DNA of 64,000 bases from assembly GCA_910578565.1 (NCBI GenBank), contig CAJTQF010000004.1:2170-66169 (forward strand). The letters run 5' to 3'. The position numbers were made by a program, and so were the translations under genes. The notes under the pieces were generated by a model. That model made no database searches, was not told the origin of the DNA, and saw only the letters and a list, made by a program, of their open reading frames with translations. The first letter of the stretch is position 1. Each line of letters starts with the position of its first letter. Shown one piece after another: positions 1 to 9,819 of the stretch. Source of the stretch: an uncultured Christensenella sp. GTDB taxonomy: Bacteria > Bacillota > Clostridia > Christensenellales > Borkfalkiaceae.

Positions 1-469
1 GTTTTTTATTGTTTTTTCTGCATTTTGCTTTTCGGCAATGGTGCAAATGTCGGTAGGGTTAAGAGATTATTCGGGAACTATGATGGTAGTTATAGTTATG
101 CTTATCGGCTTTATACTTGCATTCACCACGCTATTTTTATCGGTTTCCGCAGTGATTAACGGGAATGTAAAAACAATCGCTATGATGCGTGTTTTCGGCT
201 ATTCGGATAAAGAATGCAGAAGTTCGCTATTGAACGTATACCGTCCTATGGCATTGATCGGTTTCATTATCGGTACATTGTACCAGTACGGATTATTGAA
301 AATAATGATAGAAATAGTTTTTAAAGACGTAAGCGACTTGGCGGTGTATAAATTCGATTATATTGCAATGATTTTAACTTTTGCTGTTTTTGCTGTTGCG
401 TATGAATTGACGGTGTACTTATTTTCATTAAGGATAAAAAATCTGACAGTAAAGGAAATAATGATATAG
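1..469 (+). CDS. FtsX-like ABC transporter permease, C-terminal portion (5' end lies upstream of the window)
   Basis: The frame is open from base 2 with no stop. It has hydrophobic helices and an FtsX-type C-terminal pattern (VFGYSDKE...YRPMALIGFIIG). TAG stop at 467-469. Confidence 0.55.
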   Translation, partial: FFIVFSAFCFSAMVQMSVGLRDYSGTMMVVIVMLIGFILAFTTLFLSVSAVINGNVKTIAMMRVFGYSDKECRSSLLNVYRPMALIGFIIGTLYQYGLLKIMIEIVFKDVSDLAVYKFDYIAMILTFAVFAVAYELTVYLFSLRIKNLTVKEIMI

Positions 470-480
470 CGTTCAAAAAT

Positions 481-509
481 TTGACTTGATTTGCGTTTGT
501 GATTATAAT
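481..509 (+). promoter_or_regulatory. sigma-A type promoter (TTGACT-17 nt-TATAAT)
   Basis: TTGACT at 481-486, a 17-nt spacer, and TATAAT at 504-509, just upstream of the 529 start. Confidence 0.5.
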
Positions 510-528
510 GATTGCAAGAGAGGACAAT

Positions 529-1323
529 ATGATTTGCTGGTACTGTAAAAGTTTAATTGCCGATAATGCGTCGGTTTGTCCGTGTTGCGGCGTAGCCGTA
601 GTTAATCCTGCGCGCGAATTGGTTGATTACCCTGTGTATGACGAATTCAGACAGAACGGATACGTCAATCCGTATGAAGAGTATTACCGCAATTTTCAAC
701 TGCCGCAGATTATGCCGCAGATGAATCTGTCAATGTTCGGACAGTGTAATAACGGTTTCGGCGTTATGCCATTGCCGCAATACCCCGCATCGGCTATGGC
801 AATGCCAATGCAAAATCCGTTTGCGCCGTTCCATGTAGTGGGGGTTATTTATCCGCAATCACCATATCAAGAAGATTCAAAAGTCTGGGCAAGACCTAAG
901 GAAGAAGAAAAGCCGGAAATAGAAACTGTTGTTAAAGACGAGCCCGTGGTAATTCTTGAACAGTCGGAAGTAAACGGCAACTATGCTACGGAAACACATA
1001 ACGGTAATGAAGAGACTGAAACATCAGAACCGAAACAGAATAAACAAGCTAAAAAGGTGATAGCGGAAAACAAACGGTCTGAGAAAACAGCCGAACCCAA
1101 AAAGACAAATGTTCTTGCTGTTTTCGGGTTTGTATTTGCTTTCATTTTGCCGGTTTTAGGTTTGATTTTGAGCAGCGTGGGAATTTCGGGGGTACAGAAA
1201 AAAAATTTGAACGGCAAGGGGCTTGCCGTTGCAGGAATAATTATCAGCATAATTATGATTTTTGTATATACGGCGTTGTTTATATTTTTTTCTGAACCTT
1301 TACTTGCTATATTTGGATTATAA
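529..1323 (+). CDS. zinc-ribbon protein with a Q/P/M-rich linker and a DUF4190-like C-terminal double-TM domain
   Basis: N-terminus is MICWYCKSLIADNASVCPCCG (CxxC...CxxC). A purine-rich AGAGAGG sits upstream of the ATG at 529. The C-terminal hydrophobic pair is VFGFVFAFILPVLGLILS / GIIISIIMIFVYTALFIFF. Confidence 0.6.
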   Translation: MICWYCKSLIADNASVCPCCGVAVVNPARELVDYPVYDEFRQNGYVNPYEEYYRNFQLPQIMPQMNLSMFGQCNNGFGVMPLPQYPASAMAMPMQNPFAPFHVVGVIYPQSPYQEDSKVWARPKEEEKPEIETVVKDEPVVILEQSEVNGNYATETHNGNEETETSEPKQNKQAKKVIAENKRSEKTAEPKKTNVLAVFGFVFAFILPVLGLILSSVGISGVQKKNLNGKGLAVAGIIISIIMIFVYTALFIFFSEPLLAIFGL

Positions 1324-1334
1324 ATAAATAAAAT

Positions 1335-1358
1335 CGGACGGGTGTACCGTCCGTTTTT
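1335..1358. terminator. bidirectional intrinsic terminator between convergent genes
   Basis: Hairpin CGGACGG-GTGTA-CCGTCCG followed by TTTTT on the plus strand. An A-run upstream gives a T-run on the minus strand. Confidence 0.6.
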
Positions 1359-3087
1359 AATTGTTTTCGGATAAAAATTTGAGCATACATTCGCATGGTG
1401 TTCCGTCTTTGCCGTATCCGGTATCATTACATTTTTGGCATGCGTAACGGGGGGTAAAGTCGGCTTTATTTATGCCAAGCTCTTTAAGGCGTTTATCGCC
1501 GTCAGCTTCAAGTAATGAAATTTTTCCCGAAATGCTTTCGGCTTTTTCTGCATCACGTATTTCGGCGAACGCAAGCTCTATGGCAAGCTCGTTTAACTGT
1601 CTGTGGATGTCTCCGTAAATTTCATCGGAAGTGGCGGCTCTCAACGCTTTTTCGGCTTTGTCTTCGGCTGTATGACGTAATTCATAAAAATGAGCTTCCG
1701 CCGCCGCGCGTTCGGAACGCGGATCGCTGTTTGCGGTTTTGTATGCGGGCTGTTTGGAAATAATTTTTTCGGCTTCAAAAATCTCTTCGGATTTCCAGCC
1801 GGAAAGTATTCCGTTGATATAAGCAACAGGATTTGATTTTCCACAGGAAAGTTTAGCTGCTTCCAATATCATTGTGTCAGAAAAATTCCAGCTGCGCCAT
1901 CTTGTAAGATTTTCCCTGTCCCAGTTGATAGGCTTTCTGGTAAGTCCGCAAACGGTTAAGATTTCTTTTATAAACCTGTCGTCGGCTTCAAGTTTTGCAA
2001 TATGTTCGCCGACGTTTTGGTCGGTTACAATACCTTCTTTATAAAGTCCGTTTATGAACCCGTTCATATCTTCGAAAGAATTCATACCGTGTTTAAAGCA
2101 ATAGTTTGCCATTGACTTCATACAAAGGAAAGAGTAGCCGTAGTTGTACCAGACGTTGACGTAATTTTCGATATACGGCGCCGAGTTTTGCATGTAGACG
2201 CCGAGAGCGCGGGCAATTTCCAAAGTAGCTGTGTATACCGAATTTTTATTTTTGCAGTAATCTTCTATTTCTTTAACGTCAAATTTTTTGTTTTTATAAA
2301 GCTCGCATAGTGCGCCGTCAAGTTTTTCAACGGTTTTTGCTTTAAAATACTTTGAGCAGGATATAATGGCGTCGTCTTCAAACTGAAATTCCGAAGTCCA
2401 TTTTTTGTAAAGTTTGTCATCGTCTATATCGGGTTTTCTGTTTATGCCCGCTGCATTGAAAATTTTTATGAGAGAAGGGGTAGAAGAAGTAAAAGCAGAA
2501 AGTTTTTCGTCTACGCGCTTGACGGTGGTTACTTTCTCGTCGGCAAAACTTTTTGCCACTTTTTTAATATACTGATAATTAATTTTGTCTCCGCGCAGAT
2601 TTACGCAGTAGTTTATTATCATTATAAGCGCATTCTGTTCAAACCCGTAGTCTTCCAGAAGTACAAAATATTCCCTGAATTCGTTAGGAGAAATCATTCT
2701 TCCTTTTATAATATTTTGCACGTTTTTGGTGAAATCTGCGTATTTTTCGGGTTTAAACTTTTTAGGCGTACCGCTGAGATTGTCAGCTTCCAGAATTTTT
2801 ACTTCCAGCGGAGAACGGGAAATTATCGCAACAAGCTCAAGCTCTTCAAGATATTCAAAGTAATTTATAATCTCCGTTTCCGAGAGCGAAAGTTTTTGTG
2901 CAAAATCTTCAATTGAATAAGAATTAAGCCCGTTTTGATAAATATAGAGTGAAAAAAGGTACACCTTAACCGAATTCGGTTCAAGGTGGGGCAGATATTT
3001 AAGGATGAATTTGTTTTCGACGCTTGTGAAAGATTTTTTTGCAAGATCGTCGGAAACCGAAATTAAAGCCATTTTTTCAAACTCCAT
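1357..3087 (-). CDS. DnaD-domain replication initiation / primosome protein with a C-terminal helicase-loader-type zinc knuckle
   Basis: 576 aa. The N-terminal winged-helix-like segment and repeated DnaD/DnaB_2-like segments were recognised by eye. The C-terminus has a coiled coil and then CQKCNDTGYGKDGTPCEC. Confidence 0.6.
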   Translation of the reverse strand: MEFEKMALISVSDDLAKKSFTSVENKFILKYLPHLEPNSVKVYLFSLYIYQNGLNSYSIEDFAQKLSLSETEIINYFEYLEELELVAIISRSPLEVKILEADNLSGTPKKFKPEKYADFTKNVQNIIKGRMISPNEFREYFVLLEDYGFEQNALIMIINYCVNLRGDKINYQYIKKVAKSFADEKVTTVKRVDEKLSAFTSSTPSLIKIFNAAGINRKPDIDDDKLYKKWTSEFQFEDDAIISCSKYFKAKTVEKLDGALCELYKNKKFDVKEIEDYCKNKNSVYTATLEIARALGVYMQNSAPYIENYVNVWYNYGYSFLCMKSMANYCFKHGMNSFEDMNGFINGLYKEGIVTDQNVGEHIAKLEADDRFIKEILTVCGLTRKPINWDRENLTRWRSWNFSDTMILEAAKLSCGKSNPVAYINGILSGWKSEEIFEAEKIISKQPAYKTANSDPRSERAAAEAHFYELRHTAEDKAEKALRAATSDEIYGDIHRQLNELAIELAFAEIRDAEKAESISGKISLLEADGDKRLKELGINKADFTPRYACQKCNDTGYGKDGTPCECMLKFLSENN

Positions 3088-3233
3088 TTCAACGCTTGAT
3101 TTATTCTTGTAAAAGGACTATAATATTTAAGTAAAATATATTATAAGTGTAATAACAAAAAAAATCAAATACATTTGTCGCGTTTTGGCGCAATTTTTTG
3201 TTATTTGTTTTTCACACGGTTAAAGGAGAAAAA

Positions 3234-4910
3234 TTGCCTAATATTCTGACCCCTTCGACTTTATGGAATGATTTTGACGATTCGCTTGAAGTTCATCCCG
3301 TGACTCTGTGCGAAAAAGTTGTCGGCGGAGTAAGATTTGAAAGTATCAGCTTTTTGGGAAGGGAAACGGGCGACGGAAGAGTAAAAATCTTCGGGGTTTT
3401 TGCCTGTGACGAAAAAAATCCTTCAAGCGAAACCGTTCTTATTCTGCCGGACAGTTGCGACGGCGTTGACGAAGGGCTTTTAAAATTGTTTGTCGATAAG
3501 GGGTATTCGGCTTTTATGGTCGATTACCGCGGCGAATGGGAAGATTGCGAGTTGGCAACCGTTTATCCCGAAAACATTTCTTATGCAAATACGGCAAAGT
3601 GCGGCAGATATAAAGATTTTGTTGATGATTCGGCGGATAAAACCAGCTGGTACGAATGGGTTGCCGTTGGTATTTACGCGCACAAATATCTGGTATCGAA
3701 AGCGGGTGTTACCGACGTTGCTGTTATGGGTATACGCGACGGTGGTGAGATTGCATGGAAGCTCGGTTCAATCAAACAGTTTGCCTGTATGCTTACCGTG
3801 TGCGCCGCGGGGTGGAAGGCTTATTCCGGAGTCGGAAAATACGATACCGACGACGTTAAACTGGACGAAGAAAGGTACCGTTTTATTGCCGGTATCGATT
3901 CGCAGGCGTATGCTCCCAACGTTAAATGTCCCGTAATGATTATGTGTTCTACAAACGACAACCGTTTTGATTACGACAGGGCGTACGATACTTTTTCGCG
4001 CATAAACCCGACTTTTGTGAATGACAGCGTTATAACTTATTCCATACGTTGCGATTCATCCATTGGAGTACGAAGTTCCGCGGATATGTTTTTATTCCTT
4101 GATAAACATCTGAGACACCGTCAGGTCTTTATTCCCAAAATGTCCGAGATTGCAGTATCCGTTGACGAAGAATGCAACCTTATAGCAACTGCGTCTTTTG
4201 ATAATCAGGGAATAGTTGAAGAGTACGGTCTTTTTATGGCGGAAGAGTGCAGGGATTCGGCAGTCAGGGAGTGGACGCTTTGCAACTATAAACGAAAAAC
4301 TTCGGATAGCGGGCATGAGTTTTTTCTTGACGTTTACGAAAAAACAACTACCGTATTTGCGCTTTGCTATGCAAAGTATTCAAACGGATTTACCGTATGG
4401 TCAAAAATAACCGTTAAAAAAATAAGCGGATTGTTCAAAAACAGCCAGAAAAAATGCAGAGTGATGTATTCCGGTAAAAACGGTATCGACTGCTTTACGG
4501 TTGCCGCTCCGCGCTCGCAGGCGGTCGGCGGTATGTTTTTCGTGGGGAATATTATGGTTCCGCAGCTGGTCACCAAAGAGCGTGGAATCAGCGGTATTTA
4601 TTCGCCTTGCGGTTTGTCTACGTATAGAATGAATACGCCCAAATACGCGCCCGAAGTAAACAGTATATTAAAACTTGACTTTTTCTGTGATGAAACGGCT
4701 GAAGTTATGTTTGCGCTTGAAGACGTTGATAACGGTCAGATATATAAATACGGTCAAAGCGTATTGGGCGGGGTCTGGCAGACAATAATTATAGAAAGTA
4801 AGTATTTTAAAAATTTGGAAGGTGAGCAACTCTCCGATTTTATTCACAGTTTAAAATTCTGTATCAATTGCGAAAAAGAGTACGCTGTAAACAATTTAAT
4901 GTGGCTTTAA
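3234..4910 (+). CDS. alpha/beta-hydrolase-fold protein (acetyl-xylan-esterase / dienelactone-hydrolase-like) with a large C-terminal extension
   Basis: TTG start at 3234, 7 nt after AAAGGAG. The N-terminal half resembles the AXE1/DLH fold, with nucleophile-elbow-like MGIRDGG and later CSTNDNRFD. The family call is tentative. Confidence 0.4.
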   Translation: MPNILTPSTLWNDFDDSLEVHPVTLCEKVVGGVRFESISFLGRETGDGRVKIFGVFACDEKNPSSETVLILPDSCDGVDEGLLKLFVDKGYSAFMVDYRGEWEDCELATVYPENISYANTAKCGRYKDFVDDSADKTSWYEWVAVGIYAHKYLVSKAGVTDVAVMGIRDGGEIAWKLGSIKQFACMLTVCAAGWKAYSGVGKYDTDDVKLDEERYRFIAGIDSQAYAPNVKCPVMIMCSTNDNRFDYDRAYDTFSRINPTFVNDSVITYSIRCDSSIGVRSSADMFLFLDKHLRHRQVFIPKMSEIAVSVDEECNLIATASFDNQGIVEEYGLFMAEECRDSAVREWTLCNYKRKTSDSGHEFFLDVYEKTTTVFALCYAKYSNGFTVWSKITVKKISGLFKNSQKKCRVMYSGKNGIDCFTVAAPRSQAVGGMFFVGNIMVPQLVTKERGISGIYSPCGLSTYRMNTPKYAPEVNSILKLDFFCDETAEVMFALEDVDNGQIYKYGQSVLGGVWQTIIIESKYFKNLEGEQLSDFIHSLKFCINCEKEYAVNNLMWL

Positions 4911-4914
4911 AACA

Positions 4915-5571
4915 ATGTGGAAAGATGTAAACATCAGTCTTTTTAATAAAGACGGCAACAGAAAACTTAATATTGCGCTTAATGTATTAATAGTAATCGT
5001 TGCCGCTTTTCTTATTGGCGAAATTTTGTTCGTCACCAGCTATACCGGCGTTTATGTAGTGGATAAATCTATGCAGCCAACGCTTTACGGCGCGGCAACT
5101 AAGTACGAAGCCGGCGGCGATTACGTTTATCTTTTGAAGAATGCAAAACCTACTTACGGCGATATAGTTGTTGTTGAAAGGGAAAATGACGACCCGCTTA
5201 TAAAGAGAGTAATTGCGTTGGGCGGCGACAGATTGAAACTTGTTGACGGCGAGCTGTTTATAAAGTATAAGGGAAAGGATGAGTTTGTTTTAGTTGAAGA
5301 GCCTTACGTGCTTGATACAAATAATGACAAAAATAATCACAAGAATACTTTTTGTAACACGGACGAAGGTTTTTTTGTGGAAGACGGCAAAGTATTTTTA
5401 ATGGGCGACAACCGTAATGTCAGTAATGACAGCCGCGATATGGGTGCTTTCGAACAGTCGAAGGTTTACGGAGTAGTTACAGATTGGTCGCTTAAATATA
5501 AAAAGATTCTTTCTGCCCTGCACAAATTTTTTGCATTCGATGTTCCAAACGGTATGAATTGTAGTAAATAA
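4915..5571 (+). CDS. lepB: signal peptidase I
   Basis: N-terminal TM plus S26 boxes: DKSMQPTL, IKRVIALGGD and GDNRNVSNDSRDMG. Confidence 0.85.
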   Translation: MWKDVNISLFNKDGNRKLNIALNVLIVIVAAFLIGEILFVTSYTGVYVVDKSMQPTLYGAATKYEAGGDYVYLLKNAKPTYGDIVVVERENDDPLIKRVIALGGDRLKLVDGELFIKYKGKDEFVLVEEPYVLDTNNDKNNHKNTFCNTDEGFFVEDGKVFLMGDNRNVSNDSRDMGAFEQSKVYGVVTDWSLKYKKILSALHKFFAFDVPNGMNCSK

Positions 5572-5588
5572 AATTTTTAAGGTATGTA

Positions 5589-7364
5589 ATGAAAAGAAGT
5601 GAAGTAGATGAAAAATACAAATGGAAGATAGAAGATATTTTTGCGTCTGATGAAGAGTGGGAAAATTTTTTTGAAGATACGGAAAAATCGCTTGATTTTG
5701 CAAATTATGCCGGTAAACTTTCTGAAAGTGAAACTTTATTAAAATTTTTTAAAGCAAACGATGAGTTTGATAAAGCTCTCAGCAGGCTTGCGGTATATGC
5801 GCACATGCGCCACGATGAAGACGCATCAATTTCAAAGTATACCGCCTACTATGCAAAAGTAAGCACTCTCAATTCAAAATATGCAACACAGCTTTCGTTT
5901 TTTGAACCTGAAATGGCAAAACAAGACGAAAGTTATCTTACTTCGCTTTTATCGGATAAAAGATTTGCCGACTATGATTACGAATTGCGCAAAATTATAG
6001 CGCGCAAACCGCATACGATTTCAGAAGCAGAAGAAAAATTAATAGGTATGTCAGACGAAATTTTAGGTTCGTTTTACGAAACTTTTTCTATGATTGACAA
6101 CCTTGATTTGCCTTTGCCTGAAATTGAGTGGGAAGGTAAAAAGGTAAATTTGAGCCATGGTTTATACGGAATAATTCTTCATTCGGAAAATCGCGAAAAA
6201 CGCAGAGAAGCATACGAAAAATATTATGCGGCTTATACTTCGCTTATAAATACAATCACTTCCGTTTATTACGGCAACGTCAGAAAAGACGTGTTTTTAA
6301 GCAAAGCGTATAAATTCAAATCCTGTCTTGAACACGCGCTTTTTTCGGAAGACGTGGACAGGTCGGTATATGATAATCTAATAAAAGCGGTTAATAAAAA
6401 TTTATCGGCTATGCACAGATATATTGCTGACAGAAAGAAAATACTCGGATTTGATGAGCTGTATTTTTACGATGTTTACGCTCCGCTTGTAGATGGGGTT
6501 AACGTAAAATACACTTATGAACAAGCGTACGATATTGTGGTTAAAGGGCTTGCGCCGTTGGGCAAACAGTACCGGGAACTTTTGAAAAAGGGCTTTGACG
6601 AGCGTTGGATAGACGTTGTTGAAACGGAAGGCAAGGGCGGCGGAGCTTACAGTATCGGCTGTCCCGACTGTCACCCTTATGTACTTTTAAATTATCAGCC
6701 TACCATGCACGAATTGTTTACTATCGCGCACGAAATGGGACACGCTTTGCATACTTGGTTTTCTCAGAATAATCAGCCTTATGCAAAGAGCCAGTATACT
6801 ATTTTTGTTGCCGAAGTTGCAAGTACAGTAAATGAAACTTTGCTTCTTAAACATATGCTAAAAGAATCCAAGGATGAAAATTTTAAGAAGTATCTTTTAA
6901 ATTATTATCTTGACAGTATCCGTGCAACTTTGCATAGACAGGCAATGTTTGCAGAATTTGAGTATGAAGCGCATACGCTTGCGGAAAAAGAGCAGCCGCT
7001 GACGAAAGAAGTTTTATGCGATTTATATACCGGAATAGGTAAAAAGTATTATGGTGAAGATATTGTTCACGATTACAACGTGTCGTGCGAGTGGATGAGA
7101 ATCCCGCATTTCTACCGCGCTTTTTACGTTTACAAATATGCAACCGGTTTAACTGCGGCTATAAACATAGCTAACCGCATTTTGGAGAAGGGTGAAATAG
7201 CAGTAAACGATTATTTTAAGTTTCTTTCAAGCGGGTGTTCAAATGACCCGGTTTCGCTTTTAAAACTTGCCGGCGTTGATCTTTCAAAAACGCAACCTTT
7301 TGAAGTTGCAATGCGTGAATTTGAAGAAACTCTTACCGAATTTGAAAAATTGATGGGGATATAA
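5589..7364 (+). CDS. pepF: oligoendopeptidase F (M3B family)
   Basis: 591 aa. HEMGHALH zinc motif and an M3B-like overall pattern. Confidence 0.85.
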   Translation: MKRSEVDEKYKWKIEDIFASDEEWENFFEDTEKSLDFANYAGKLSESETLLKFFKANDEFDKALSRLAVYAHMRHDEDASISKYTAYYAKVSTLNSKYATQLSFFEPEMAKQDESYLTSLLSDKRFADYDYELRKIIARKPHTISEAEEKLIGMSDEILGSFYETFSMIDNLDLPLPEIEWEGKKVNLSHGLYGIILHSENREKRREAYEKYYAAYTSLINTITSVYYGNVRKDVFLSKAYKFKSCLEHALFSEDVDRSVYDNLIKAVNKNLSAMHRYIADRKKILGFDELYFYDVYAPLVDGVNVKYTYEQAYDIVVKGLAPLGKQYRELLKKGFDERWIDVVETEGKGGGAYSIGCPDCHPYVLLNYQPTMHELFTIAHEMGHALHTWFSQNNQPYAKSQYTIFVAEVASTVNETLLLKHMLKESKDENFKKYLLNYYLDSIRATLHRQAMFAEFEYEAHTLAEKEQPLTKEVLCDLYTGIGKKYYGEDIVHDYNVSCEWMRIPHFYRAFYVYKYATGLTAAINIANRILEKGEIAVNDYFKFLSSGCSNDPVSLLKLAGVDLSKTQPFEVAMREFEETLTEFEKLMGI

Positions 7365-7370
7365 AGTACT

Positions 7371-8825
7371 ATGTCAGACAAAAATAACATTATGCCCAAT
7401 AATCTTGACGCCGAGCAGGCGCTTTTGGGCTGTATGCTTATTGATAATGAAATACTTGCGGAAGTTTTGGAACAGCTTGATAAAAACGATTTTTATCAGG
7501 AATCGCACCAATACATTTTATCTGCAATGAAAATGGTTTTTGTCGAGCGCAAACCTGTTGATATTGTTACTCTTTGTGACAGATTGGAGAGCGATAAAAA
7601 TCTTGAAAAAGCGGGCGGTATTTCATACGTTACCGAGCTAGCCCAGATTACTCCGTCGGCAGCGAATTATAAATATTATCTTGAAATAATCAAGCGTGAC
7701 AGCGTAAACAGAAGCCTTATACGCGCGGCGAGAGATATCGCCGAATTTGCTAAATCCGGCAGTGAAGCGGTCAAGGCAATTCAGTTTGCCGAGTCGAAGA
7801 TTTACAATGTCTCGCGTTCAAACGATACCTCCACAATGAAGGATATCCGCGAAGGCAGCGGTATTGATGCTGTATTGGATAAATTTGAAAAATTGGCCAA
7901 GGATAAAGACGCCTACCGCGGAGTTATGACAGGCTTTACACGCCTTGACAAACTAACAAACGGTCTGCAAAAATCTGATTTGATTGTCCTTGCCGCTCGT
8001 CCCGGTATGGGAAAAACTTCGCTTGCGATGAATATAATAGAGAGCGCGGCTTTAGGTTGCGATGCGGTATGCGCCGTGTTCTCGCTTGAGATGCCTGAAA
8101 TTCAGATAATCCAAAGGCTTATGTGCGGGGCGGCAAAAGTCAGTATGGCAGACGCACTTTCGGGAAAACTTTCACCTAACGATTGGAAAAAACTTGTAAA
8201 AATCAGCGAAAAATTGAGAAACAGTCATATTAATATAGACGATTCTTCCCGTGTGACGCCTGCGGAAATTCTTTCTAAGTGCAGAAGGATAAAGTCTAAA
8301 AATAACGGCAGGCTTGATCTTGTTATGATTGACTATATTCAGCTAATGTCAAGCGGTACGCGCGGCGGCGATGAAAACAGAACGCAGGAAGTCGCCGCTA
8401 TTACGCGTGAGCTTAAAATAATGGCAAAAGAACTTGATGTACCGGTAATCGCGCTTTCGCAGCTTCGCCGTATTCAGGCGGGCGAACCGCAACTTTCCGA
8501 TCTTCGTGAATCGGGCGCAATAGAGCAGGATGCCGATATAGTAATGTTCATTAACCGTCCTGACGTAAATGCAACAGACGAAGATATTGCTAAAAAACAT
8601 ATTGTTAAAGGTATGGCAGATTTAATTGTTGCAAAACACAGAAACGGCGGACTTGGCAGAATAAAACTACGGTTTAAAGGCGAATATACAAAGTTCGTCA
8701 ATCCGGAACCCAATGACGATTTAACGCCGCCGGGGGAAGAAGCCAGCATTCCGACAAGTGAAGAATTGCCGCCGGTAAACGAAGAAGATATTCCGCCTGA
8801 ACAAAACGAAGAGATGCCTTTTTAA
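7371..8825 (+). CDS. dnaB: replicative DNA helicase (DnaB family; called DnaC in Bacillus nomenclature)
   Basis: N-terminus NLDAEQALLGCMLIDNE, Walker A ARPGMGKTS, and SQLRR / ESGAIEQDAD motifs. It carries an extra acidic, proline-rich C-terminal tail of about 45 aa. Confidence 0.9.
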   Translation: MSDKNNIMPNNLDAEQALLGCMLIDNEILAEVLEQLDKNDFYQESHQYILSAMKMVFVERKPVDIVTLCDRLESDKNLEKAGGISYVTELAQITPSAANYKYYLEIIKRDSVNRSLIRAARDIAEFAKSGSEAVKAIQFAESKIYNVSRSNDTSTMKDIREGSGIDAVLDKFEKLAKDKDAYRGVMTGFTRLDKLTNGLQKSDLIVLAARPGMGKTSLAMNIIESAALGCDAVCAVFSLEMPEIQIIQRLMCGAAKVSMADALSGKLSPNDWKKLVKISEKLRNSHINIDDSSRVTPAEILSKCRRIKSKNNGRLDLVMIDYIQLMSSGTRGGDENRTQEVAAITRELKIMAKELDVPVIALSQLRRIQAGEPQLSDLRESGAIEQDADIVMFINRPDVNATDEDIAKKHIVKGMADLIVAKHRNGGLGRIKLRFKGEYTKFVNPEPNDDLTPPGEEASIPTSEELPPVNEEDIPPEQNEEMPF

Positions 8826-8826
8826 A

Positions 8827-9819
8827 ATGTATACTGAAATTTTGCCGATAGACGAAAAATCTTTACGGCTGGCAAAAAAAATAATCGATGGCGGCGGTGC
8901 GGTAGCTTTTCCAACCGAAACCGTTTACGGATTGGGTGCAAACGCTTTTGACAATAAAGCAGTTGAAGATATATTCAAAATTAAAGGGCGTCCAAACGAT
9001 AATCCGCTCATTGTCCATGTCCATAAAGATTATGATTTAACTGGTCTTGTTTCCGATATTCCTGAATACGCAAAAGCTCTTGCCAAGACGTATTTGCCCG
9101 GACCTTTGACTATGGTATTTAAAAGCAGCGGAAGAGTATGTTCGTCAGTTTCGTGCGGGCTTGATACGCTTGCGGTACGTGTTCCGTCGCATAGCGGAGC
9201 GCAGCAGTTTTTAAAATGCTTGGATTTGCCAATAGCCGCGCCTTCGGCGAACGTTTCAAAACATGTAAGCCCTGTTACGGCTGAACACGTCTATGCAGAC
9301 CTTAAAGGGCGTATAGAGCTTATTCTTGACGGCGGTAAATGTAGCGGCGGAATTGAAAGTACCGTACTTGATTGCACAGGCAAAAAACCGCAAATTTTAC
9401 GTAGCGGACTGATAACGCGTGAAATGATAGAAAAGGTTGCTGGCAGTTGTGATGAGTACGTTTTAAAAGAGGGCGAAAGAGTTCTTTCACCCGGAATGAA
9501 GTATAAGCACTATTCCCCGTCTTGCAGGACTATGCTATTTAGTTTTTGCGATAAGAATAAGGCGGTTGAAGAATACAATAAAAATCGTGCGCAAAACGTA
9601 AATGCATATATTTTATGCGACGAAATTACTGCTGAATCAATAAACGTAAATCATATTTTGAACCTTGGTAAAACAGGTGAGCAAATAGCTTCTAATCTTT
9701 ACGAAAAACTTCGGGAAGGTGAAAGGTGCGCCGAGTTAATTATTGCTATCGCACCAGAAAAACAGGATGGAGTTATGAAAGGAGTTATGAACCGACTGAT
9801 AAAGGCTTGCGGAAATTAG
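8827..9819 (+). CDS. tsaC: L-threonylcarbamoyladenylate synthase (Sua5/YwlC/TsaC type, long form)
   Basis: FPTETVYGLGANA and KGRPNDNPLIVH motifs, plus a Sua5 C-terminal domain. Confidence 0.85.
   Translation: MYTEILPIDEKSLRLAKKIIDGGGAVAFPTETVYGLGANAFDNKAVEDIFKIKGRPNDNPLIVHVHKDYDLTGLVSDIPEYAKALAKTYLPGPLTMVFKSSGRVCSSVSCGLDTLAVRVPSHSGAQQFLKCLDLPIAAPSANVSKHVSPVTAEHVYADLKGRIELILDGGKCSGGIESTVLDCTGKKPQILRSGLITREMIEKVAGSCDEYVLKEGERVLSPGMKYKHYSPSCRTMLFSFCDKNKAVEEYNKNRAQNVNAYILCDEITAESINVNHILNLGKTGEQIASNLYEKLREGERCAELIIAIAPEKQDGVMKGVMNRLIKACGN

Noticed and set aside
981-1427. A 148-aa minus-strand ORF overlaps the 3' end of the zinc-ribbon/DUF4190 gene and the terminator.
   Set aside because: It spans an intrinsic terminator and the end of the convergent DnaD-like gene, and it has no motif or RBS. 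It is an antisense artefact.
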